64,000 nucleotides of DNA from an uncultured archaeon (lineage in GTDB: Archaea > Iainarchaeota > Iainarchaeia > Iainarchaeales > VGJJ01). Shown here in pieces: positions 56,672 through 64,000 of the stretch. Under the pieces are notes generated by a model. The model saw nothing but the letters and a program-made list of their open reading frames with translations. It made no database searches and had not been told where the DNA came from. Position 1 is the stretch's first letter; each line of letters starts with the position of its first letter. The position numbers and the translations under genes are program-made. The stretch spans positions 387 to 64,386 of the forward strand of contig CAYZPC010000004.1 of the NCBI GenBank assembly GCA_964480705.1, given 5' to 3'.

Positions 56672-57763
56672 CTATTCTGCGCGAATGCCTGCTTGCTCGG
56701 CAGAGGAAATGGGACTCACACTACTGGAAATCCCTTTTCCAAATGAAGCGCCCGCGGAAAAGAGCAAATCCCAAATGGTCAACTCTTTTTCCAAATAATA
56801 TCGCACGCTCGGCTTTCCTTCAATGCCCATCATTTCGCCCGCTTTCATTAATGCTTCCTCGCGCGTGAGCGCAGCATCAATCAAACCCGCGTTCAATGCT
56901 TGTCTTCCGGAGAGAATGCGACCATCCAGCACTTCCGCAAATAATGTGGGGTTTATTTTTTCGCCGCGAAATGCTAACACATCATTTTTGAATGATTCAA
57001 AGGCTTCATCCACAATCATTTGCATAATTTGTTTTTCTTCATCCGTAAACTCATTGAAGGGAGAACCAATGTCTTTCAACTCGCCCGTTTTCACGGTATT
57101 CATTTTCACACCCACTTTTTGCATTAACTCTTCAAGGGTGGGCTGCATGGAAATAACGCCAATGCTTCCCGTAATGGAATCGGCGTCCGCGGTCGCATAA
57201 TCGGTTGCGGAAGCAATGTAATACGCTCCACTCGCACCCACGTCACCTATCCAGCTCATGACGGGCTTCTCCAGCAAGCGAATTTTGGACACCACTTGCT
57301 TGCTTGCCACCACGCTTCCGCCGCCGGAATCAATATCCAAGAAAATAACCCCTACTGCTGGGTCGGCTTCGGCTTCTTCGAGAGCAGCAATAATTTCTGG
57401 AAAACCCGTGGTGTCCTTACTTGAATACGAGGCAATTTCTCCCTGAATGGGGATAATAGCTACTTCACTTGCTCCACCGAATGAAAAACCACTGGATGAC
57501 GAACTGCTTGATGATGAAGATGAAAATCCTCCGAGCAAAAACAATGCTACGTAAAACATGAGCAAAAAAGCCAATCCCAGCACAATCCAATCTCTCATTG
57601 ACCGGCCTCGCGTACGAGAATGAGGGGAGGGAGTGGTCTCCAACGCCTCATCGTCCATCCAGGGAGTAATTTTAGGGTCGCGCTCTGCTGCCGAAGACTG
57701 CGCTCCCGCGCTGGCGGAAGCCGATTGTTTGGACCAGGAAAGCGGTTTAGAAGGGACAGTCAT
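56672..57763 (-). CDS. sppA: signal peptide peptidase SppA (S49 family)
   Basis: ClpP/crotonase-like fold with catalytic Ser region (…IGDVGASGAYYIA…), N-terminal TM anchor. Confidence 0.75.
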   Translation of the reverse strand: MTVPSKPLSWSKQSASASAGAQSSAAERDPKITPWMDDEALETTPSPHSRTRGRSMRDWIVLGLAFLLMFYVALFLLGGFSSSSSSSSSSSGFSFGGASEVAIIPIQGEIASYSSKDTTGFPEIIAALEEAEADPAVGVIFLDIDSGGGSVVASKQVVSKIRLLEKPVMSWIGDVGASGAYYIASATDYATADADSITGSIGVISMQPTLEELMQKVGVKMNTVKTGELKDIGSPFNEFTDEEKQIMQMIVDEAFESFKNDVLAFRGEKINPTLFAEVLDGRILSGRQALNAGLIDAALTREEALMKAGEMMGIEGKPSVRYYLEKELTIWDLLFSAGASFGKGISSSVSPISSAEQAGIRAE

Positions 57764-57842
57764 GCGGGTATTCTCCTTTTGGCGAGCAATACTCTATCGT
57801 GCACCCATTTCCTTTTAATCCGGTTCCGCATGTTGTGAGAGT

Positions 57843-58355
57843 ATGGATCCCCTGTGGATTTACCTCTTTTTTACGGCACTGCCATTATACGTGGCTAATT
57901 CTTCCGCCATGCTCTTCGGAGGGAAAACCCCCATTGATGGAAACAAAAACTGGGACGATGGCCGGCCCATTTTTGGAAAAGGAAAAACATGGAAAGGAAC
58001 CGGAATGGGCGTGCTCATTGGAACATTCACCGGACTCATTCTGAATTATTTTTTCCCCGCACTCACCCTGGTTGTTTCCAGCGAGTACGTGGCATATGCT
58101 TTCCTTCTTTCCATCGGAGGATTAGTGGGGGATATTGCGGGAAGCTTCATTAAACGACGAATGAATATCGCGCGCGGAGAGTCCGCGCAAATACTCGACC
58201 AATTGGATTTTGTGGTGGGGGGAGTCGTGTTCAGCATTGCCATTTCAAAACCCGACTGGACCGGGCTCATTCTCCTCGTGATGATCACCCCATTCATGCA
58301 TTTGGCATTCAACCGACTCGCGTACATGCTTGGAATCAAAAACGTGCCGTGGTGA
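57843..58355 (+). CDS. carS: CDP-archaeol synthase
   Basis: 170-aa DUF46-type membrane protein (…PIDGNKNWDDGRPIFGKGKTWKG…). Confidence 0.65.
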   Translation: MDPLWIYLFFTALPLYVANSSAMLFGGKTPIDGNKNWDDGRPIFGKGKTWKGTGMGVLIGTFTGLILNYFFPALTLVVSSEYVAYAFLLSIGGLVGDIAGSFIKRRMNIARGESAQILDQLDFVVGGVVFSIAISKPDWTGLILLVMITPFMHLAFNRLAYMLGIKNVPW

Positions 58356-58381
58356 AGCATTAAGAAGAATCATTTGATTGA

Positions 58382-58900
58382 TTGCACATGGCAGCTAATA
58401 TGATGCACACCACCCTGCGTCGATTTTTGTTTCGCTTTTTTGCTATCTTTCTAGTAGTAGAAGTAATTTTGAGTATTTTTCCTCCAGTATTTTTCCAAGA
58501 ATGGTTGGCGCGCATTATTGGAAATATGCTTGACATTCCCGTGCAAGGGGTATTTGTGCACGTGAATAATTTGCGATTTGAAATAAGCGCATTCTGCACC
58601 GGACTCTCTACCATTGGATTGTGGTTAGGATTAGTGTATGGTTTTCCATTTCCTCCCGCGCGGGAAAAAACGCGCTACGCACTTGCAGGTGGGGGAATTA
58701 TTTTGCTCGCGAATGTGATTCGACTCGTTGGAATCGTTTACGTGGGAATGCTATCTTCCTTTGCTGCCGTGGACACGTTGCATACTATTACGTGGTTTGT
58801 GATGAGCGCCCTTGTCTGCGGGATGTGGTATTATTTGCTCGCGAAAAAAATAGGAACATTCGATTCCAAAAAAATAGCCCAAAAGTTACTCGAAATGTAA
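58382..58900 (+). CDS. exosortase/archaeosortase-family protein, short form
   Basis: Conserved exosortase-like motifs EISAFCTGLST (Cys) and ANVIRLVG (Arg); 172 aa, multi-TM. Confidence 0.5.
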   Translation: MHMAANMMHTTLRRFLFRFFAIFLVVEVILSIFPPVFFQEWLARIIGNMLDIPVQGVFVHVNNLRFEISAFCTGLSTIGLWLGLVYGFPFPPAREKTRYALAGGGIILLANVIRLVGIVYVGMLSSFAAVDTLHTITWFVMSALVCGMWYYLLAKKIGTFDSKKIAQKLLEM

Positions 58901-58934
58901 AAAAGAGCGAGTGGAGGCGCGGGGTGCACACTGA

Positions 58935-60671
58935 TTATTGTGCAGGAGCATCTTTCTCATGATGCTTTTTGGGCGCGAGAACCACTTTAATAATTTCCTG
59001 GAACGCGGGGCGGGAAATCAACACACCCATCAAAATTCCCGCGATGGTGGTGATGGCAAAACCGCTCAACTTTCCAATTCCGCTTCCCAACACGAGCAAG
59101 GGAATAATCGCCGCTAGTCCGGTTGACGCAGACGCGGCCACAATGAAAAATGCGCGCTTGGCCTTAGACAACCAGCCCTTCTCATCTTGCGCTTCCTCCG
59201 TGTCTCCCTGCAAAATTTCATCCGTCATGATGACTTCACTATCCACGCCCGTTCCAACGGCCGCGAGAATTCCAGCCATGGATGCTAAATCCAAATTCCA
59301 CTTTACTAATGCGGCGAAACCCAAAATCATCAACACTTCCGACAAACCCACTACCAATACGGGGGCAACTACTTTCCATTTTCGATAGCGAATGTACACA
59401 ATCAACGAGACCACGGCCAATGCGAGCAAACCCATAATCCACACATTCGTCAAAAACTGCTCACCCAATGCAGGAGAAACCGTTTGCTTGTTAATGGCAA
59501 TAATGGGAATGGGCAGCGCACCACTTTTCAACAAAATTCGCAAATCATCCAAACGCTGTTTAGCAATCGCTGCATTGGGGGCCGTGCCCTGAATGACTAA
59601 GAACTGAAGGGGCTTCACTTCTTCTTTGGTTGCAATAAAGGGATCATTGCCCGTAATGCTGGGAGAAAGTGCAATCACATCGCGCAAACCCGAAACATCA
59701 GTAATCCATGGAGTGGTTTTACTTACGGTGACTTTAGTAATGGGTAAATCCGTTGTGGCATCCAACGCGGCGTAGGAAACATCATCTAATGTGGATGGAA
59801 CGAGAACGGATTTGAATTTGCTCTCCGCATTCTGAATGACTGAGAGCTGTGCGGCCGAAAAACCATTGGAATCGGGTTGAACTAATTCCAAATCCGCATT
59901 CTCCAAAATTTCCTGTGTCGAAATAGTCGAAGGAAAATCATGCGCGCCCAAATCAAGCTTGGCATCATCATCGCGCTGCGTGGAGGAGGGGTACACTACG
60001 ATTGCTGTGCTCGGTCGGTCAATGAAAAAATACGTGAAAGCACAATCCCACTCGGCTTGATTGTTGGAGAAGCCGGACTGCACGCACTGGTGGAATGACG
60101 CTTCCGAAAATGCGCGCGCGGCGCGGTCATTCAACAAAAAAGGAAGCGTCCACGCGTAACTATCTCCAATTCCAGTGGGGTGGGCACCATACCCTTGCTG
60201 CGCATTCTCCACGACTTGAACAATTTCACTTCCATCAAAAACAAGGACACCATTCAAAAACGATTCAAAACGACCCTGCTTGAGCAAGAGGGATTGAAGG
60301 TTACTCACTTCTGCGGGGTCGGTCTCCGCGACCTGCGCGAGAACCAAACTATTTCCCGTGTTGTTAACTACTACGTCTTTGATTCCCGTGGGGTTCAAAC
60401 GCTTCTCCACAATCAAGCGGATTTCACTCATCTCTTGCTGACTTGCCGGTTGGGCGAGCTGTAACTGAAACAATGTTCCACCGGAGAATTCGCTGCCCAA
60501 TTTGAGATTGTGGCCAATCGTAAAACCATTGGAGAAATCAATCTTCACAATGGCCGCGAGGGACATCACCATAATGAGGGCCCACGCCCAGACTTTCCAA
60601 CTAGAATACCATTTCTTCGAACTCATTCTTAGGCCTCGTGCAAGTTTCCGTGTTTCTTCTCCCAATACCAC
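58935..60671 (-). CDS. secD: protein-export membrane protein SecD
   Basis: 578 aa; periplasmic domain + C-terminal 6-TM bundle; follows secF. Confidence 0.7.
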   Translation of the reverse strand: MVLGEETRKLARGLRMSSKKWYSSWKVWAWALIMVMSLAAIVKIDFSNGFTIGHNLKLGSEFSGGTLFQLQLAQPASQQEMSEIRLIVEKRLNPTGIKDVVVNNTGNSLVLAQVAETDPAEVSNLQSLLLKQGRFESFLNGVLVFDGSEIVQVVENAQQGYGAHPTGIGDSYAWTLPFLLNDRAARAFSEASFHQCVQSGFSNNQAEWDCAFTYFFIDRPSTAIVVYPSSTQRDDDAKLDLGAHDFPSTISTQEILENADLELVQPDSNGFSAAQLSVIQNAESKFKSVLVPSTLDDVSYAALDATTDLPITKVTVSKTTPWITDVSGLRDVIALSPSITGNDPFIATKEEVKPLQFLVIQGTAPNAAIAKQRLDDLRILLKSGALPIPIIAINKQTVSPALGEQFLTNVWIMGLLALAVVSLIVYIRYRKWKVVAPVLVVGLSEVLMILGFAALVKWNLDLASMAGILAAVGTGVDSEVIMTDEILQGDTEEAQDEKGWLSKAKRAFFIVAASASTGLAAIIPLLVLGSGIGKLSGFAITTIAGILMGVLISRPAFQEIIKVVLAPKKHHEKDAPAQ

Positions 60672-61693
60672 AACAAAATGGGGGCGTTGGTCAACCAGGT
60701 GGCAACCAAATCGCCCACCATACCAAACAACACCACTGCGGAGATTTCAAAAATAATACTAATCTGAGCAAAATAGGAAACAATCAGCATGGCAAACATG
60801 GCGCCCATCACGGTTGCGGAAACGGTGAGGCCGGTTTGCAATGTGTCATTGCAGCGCGCCAGAACATCCTTGTCTTTGCGTTTCAACACGCGCGTGGTCA
60901 ACAGAACATCGGTGTCCACACTAAAACCCACGAGCATGAGCAATGATGCCACTGTCGAAAGAGTAAATGAAAAACCAAAAAGAGTGGAGAGCGCGACCGC
61001 GGTGAGCATGTCAAACAACGCTGCTTCCACAATGGCAAGAGAAGGAATGAGCTCGCGGAAGAAAATGAACACAACAATCGTGAGCAAAATAATAGACGCA
61101 ATGCCCACTTGCAATGCATTCATCAAAAAGTCTTTTCCAACCGTGGGGGCGACTTCTTCCGTTGTAAAAGGAGTGTCGGCGGGTAAATTGAATGAAGAAA
61201 TAAGGGTTTCCCTGACTTGCGTGGAGATGCGCTGGCTCTCTTCATTAATGGCTTGCGCGGCGAGCGTGATTAAATCAGTGATATCATCCGAATCAGAGGT
61301 TTTTCCCATGAGTTGCAATGCACTGGCTAATTTTTGTTTAGCCAATTCAGGAGAAGAATCCTTGCTCACGATGGCCTCATCCAACAACACGCGCGCATCG
61401 GAAATATTCTTGGGTTCCGCATACTCAATGCGCGTGCTACTACCAAAAGGAGAACTCACGCTAACCACCTTCACTTCAGGCAGGTTTAGTGTGTTTGTCA
61501 ACAGCGCAGAAACGGCTTGGTCGTCCAGCGCATCCGTGTTCACAATCACGCGTGTGCCCCCCACAAAGTCCAATCCGAGGGTGACTTGAGGGTAGACAAA
61601 TAGAATAAAGAGGAAAATGACCGTCAGGGCAGCGGGCAAGAGCATGAGGCGCTTGTAATTTTTATCATAGAGTTTGAAGCCCATACTATTCAC
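60629..61693 (-). CDS. secF: protein-export membrane protein SecF
   Basis: 354 aa; LDFVGGT motif region; C-terminal TM bundle. Confidence 0.7.
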   Translation of the reverse strand: MNSMGFKLYDKNYKRLMLLPAALTVIFLFILFVYPQVTLGLDFVGGTRVIVNTDALDDQAVSALLTNTLNLPEVKVVSVSSPFGSSTRIEYAEPKNISDARVLLDEAIVSKDSSPELAKQKLASALQLMGKTSDSDDITDLITLAAQAINEESQRISTQVRETLISSFNLPADTPFTTEEVAPTVGKDFLMNALQVGIASIILLTIVVFIFFRELIPSLAIVEAALFDMLTAVALSTLFGFSFTLSTVASLLMLVGFSVDTDVLLTTRVLKRKDKDVLARCNDTLQTGLTVSATVMGAMFAMLIVSYFAQISIIFEISAVVLFGMVGDLVATWLTNAPILLWYWEKKHGNLHEA

Positions 61694-61790
61694 CTATACC
61701 ACGCATACATTGCCCAAAAGCCTTATAATTCGCCCTTCGACGCTCAACGGCCGGCACGGGCTTATAAAAGGCTCCTCGCACGTTCCTTTT

Positions 61791-62777
61791 ATGCAACTCT
61801 ACTCCCTGGAAGCGCCGGAAAAGCTGATTGAAAGCGCCTTCACCCACGCACGCAAACTGCCTCCCATGAAACGCACTCGAAATAGTGCCGTTCAAAATAG
61901 AAAGGAAAAAGTCGTGCGAAAAATGGAAGCATTCTATGATTATTTAGACAAGCAACTCGAACGAATGGAACAGTCGGTGCCGCGATTTGACACGTTGCAT
62001 GCATTCTACAAAGAATTATTGCCCGAAACCATGGAAGTGGGAAAAATGAAACAAGCCGCCTCGCAGATTGTGAGCGTGCGACGCTTGTTGAAACGACAAC
62101 TAGTTGAAGGAAAGAGACACATGCACTCCCCCTCCACGGATGCCATTGCACACATGCACGCGGCTTCCGCAAAATACTTTGGAAGAAGTGCGAGCATTGT
62201 GAAAAGTCTGAAAGCAAATGTAGAATTGCTGAAACACGCCAACCAAATGATGAAAGAAGTGCCCGATGTAAAAGTAGAAATGCCCACATTGATTTTGGCG
62301 GGATTTCCCAACACGGGAAAAACAACCATGCTAAAACGAATGACGGGAAGCAAAGCTCAAATTGCCGCATACCCGTTTACGACCAAATCATTGCAACTTG
62401 GATATTTCACCATGAAGTACCGCGAATTCCAAGTGATGGACACGCCCGGACTATTGGACCGCGAAGACGATGATTACAACCCCATTGAAAAGAAAGCCCT
62501 CGCCGCACTCCGACATTTGGCCACGTGCGTGGTGTTTGTGGTTGATCCTACTCCTGCGTCGGGATACACGCTGGATCAACAAGTAAGGTTGTATGAGCGA
62601 TTACAGAAGCAAATCCCCGTGAAATATTTAGTGGTGTTAAACAAGTGCGATTTAGCCACTGTTGAACAACTATCCGAAGCGCAGCGCGTGTTTGGCGCAG
62701 ATGCCATGCGCGAAGGGGAAGGAATTGAGAGCAATTTGAAAGAAAACCTCTGGCGCGCGCTCGGGTTTTCACGCTAA
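61791..62777 (+). CDS. Nog1-like GTP-binding protein
   Basis: G1 GFPNTGKTT, G3 DTPGLLDR, G4 NKCD; start at an internal Met to avoid overlap with secF. Confidence 0.6.
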   Translation: MQLYSLEAPEKLIESAFTHARKLPPMKRTRNSAVQNRKEKVVRKMEAFYDYLDKQLERMEQSVPRFDTLHAFYKELLPETMEVGKMKQAASQIVSVRRLLKRQLVEGKRHMHSPSTDAIAHMHAASAKYFGRSASIVKSLKANVELLKHANQMMKEVPDVKVEMPTLILAGFPNTGKTTMLKRMTGSKAQIAAYPFTTKSLQLGYFTMKYREFQVMDTPGLLDREDDDYNPIEKKALAALRHLATCVVFVVDPTPASGYTLDQQVRLYERLQKQIPVKYLVVLNKCDLATVEQLSEAQRVFGADAMREGEGIESNLKENLWRALGFSR

Positions 62778-62901
62778 ACGCGTGAGGGCGATGGGTTTAA
62801 GAAACTCATAACCATTCGGAGTATGGTGTCCTTTTACTGGACACTATGCCTTGACATCGGCGACTCGTTAAAAGGTCAATCGGAGTAGGTGACTACCTAT
62901 T

Positions 62902-63186
62902 ATGCCAAAGAAAAAAATAGACATTCAAGCAGTGAAGAGCGACATTACGGCCATCGCAGAACTCATGGGGGGTGTTGTAGAAGACAATGCCGTTCCACGA
63001 AACATTCGAGCGGCAGTGGATGAAGCGAAAAAAACAATATTGTCTGCGACAGACGATGTGGCTATTTCGCGCGCGATTTATTTGCTGGATGATGTGAGCA
63101 ATGACATTAATTTGCCCGCGCACGCACGAACCGACCTGTGGACGATTATCTCCGAACTCGAGACATTGAAAGAAAAGTTCGGGTAA
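62902..63186 (+). CDS. UPF0147-family small archaeal protein
   Basis: 94-aa helical protein, family-typical size and composition. Confidence 0.55.
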   Translation: MPKKKIDIQAVKSDITAIAELMGGVVEDNAVPRNIRAAVDEAKKTILSATDDVAISRAIYLLDDVSNDINLPAHARTDLWTIISELETLKEKFG

Positions 63187-63191
63187 TCCAC

Positions 63192-64000
63192 GTGAACACG
63201 GAAGAAACGATTCAAACACCAACCCTTTCTCCTTCTCCATTAAAAGAGACGTCCGAATCAACCATTACTCCTTCGCTTGAAAAAATAGAACCATCAGCCA
63301 AACCCGCATTGCACGCGCGCGAAACCATTCTTGCCCACGCGGAAAAAAAAGGCCTCATGCTGCATCCGAGCGCGTTAGAATTACTCACGCAAACACACGC
63401 ATTTTCAACTATCCTCGACCAACTCGCCACCGAAAACACGTTCATGATTACTCACGTGCACGTCGAACGAAAAATAAAATCAAACACGCGAATGGAATTG
63501 TACTCGACAACGCCGCAAAGCGTGCCATCGACACCTAAACCACTCGCGACAGAATATTCTTCCAATTATCGCATTTTGCACCACTTGAATTATTCAGGAG
63601 AGTCTGTTTCCAAAGGAAAAGCACAGGATTTTTTGCAACTATTTCAAGACAAATATTCTTTTTTACACGGCGAACTCAAAAATCGCGGATACCAGCCACG
63701 CTCACTCGCTAAAATAGACCGGCAAGGAAGAGACAGCGAATTTGACGTTGTCATCATGGTCACCGAAAAAACCCTCACCAAAAATGGACACATTTTGTTG
63801 AGCGTGGAAGACATGGAGGGACAAGGAAAAGCCCTCATCCCCGCATCGGATGAAGAGCTCATCGCGAAAGCAAAACGCTTGACGGTGGATGATGTAATTG
63901 GAATGAAATGCAAACTCGCACGGACGGGAGAATTAATGATTGTCAAAGACTTTTCATGGCCGGACTTGCCCCAACGCAAAGCCAAAACAAGCGATGTGGA
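63192..64000 (+). CDS. polB: DNA polymerase II small subunit (PolD DP1), N-terminal part; runs off the window
   Basis: Open frame to the window edge; N-terminal linker then an OB-fold-like segment (HILLSVEDMEGQGKALIP… MKCKLARTGELMIVKD); start codon uncertain (GTG 63192 or a later ATG). Confidence 0.4.
   Translation, partial: MNTEETIQTPTLSPSPLKETSESTITPSLEKIEPSAKPALHARETILAHAEKKGLMLHPSALELLTQTHAFSTILDQLATENTFMITHVHVERKIKSNTRMELYSTTPQSVPSTPKPLATEYSSNYRILHHLNYSGESVSKGKAQDFLQLFQDKYSFLHGELKNRGYQPRSLAKIDRQGRDSEFDVVIMVTEKTLTKNGHILLSVEDMEGQGKALIPASDEELIAKAKRLTVDDVIGMKCKLARTGELMIVKDFSWPDLPQRKAKTSDV

Noticed and set aside
62778-62901. Possible tRNA/sRNA in the Nog1–UPF0147 spacer (hairpin GTGTCC-TTTTACT-GGACAC)
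   Set aside because: Single hairpin only; no tRNA features; likely a terminator or 5' leader

Overview
This 64-kb window looks archaeal (possibly a DPANN-like lineage, judged from L7Ae, aIF2/aIF5B, RpoE'/Spt4 and CarS). No tRNA, rRNA, CRISPR array or transposase was recognised. Shine-Dalgarno sites (GGAGG) are in use, GC is about 47% and genes are tightly packed. It has three parts. First, positions 1–9,400 carry a 1252-aa secreted coiled-coil surface protein, a tandem pair of small paralogs, TYW1/Taw1, a ~300-nt GC-rich divergent intergenic region that may encode a structured RNA, a PRC-barrel protein, an NFACT-N protein and a transglutaminase-like protein. Second, positions 9,460–30,540 hold a ~21-kb type IV filament (Epd/Tad-like pilus) locus. 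It comprises nine translationally coupled genes (9463–19197) followed directly by the ATPase gene, ending at 20691. Six of its proteins carry class III (prepilin-type) signal peptides, five with Q at +1. The locus also includes a 1056-aa vWA + LVIVD-propeller putative tip adhesin, a degenerate PLD / lamin-tail-domain protein and an FN3 protein. The motor is a FlaI/TadA-like ATPase with a split TadB/TadC-like platform, a FlaH-like KaiC ATPase and a P-loop-less KaiC-like protein. A separately transcribed major pilin gene has a TATA box, SD site and hairpin + T-tract terminator. Several further surface proteins follow. Third, positions 30,577–64,000 are a conserved archaeal information-processing block: YbaK, L7Ae-S28e-L24e-Ndk, dut, dcd, aIF5B-S6e-aIF2γ, PIN-RpoE'-Spt4-S24e-S27ae-Kae1, RibL, S15-S3Ae, Bud32, ValRS-like, SecF/SecD, SppA, CarS, a Nog1-like GTPase, UPF0147 and the start of PolD-DP1. 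Into this block are inserted a bacterial-type GrpE-DnaK-DnaJ operon with a divergent wHTH regulator, an HExxH membrane protein, a 606-aa Cys-rich tandem-repeat secreted protein, a 66-aa arginine-repeat protein and an exosortase/archaeosortase-like gene. All calls rest on motif and architecture reading of the translations; no database search was run.
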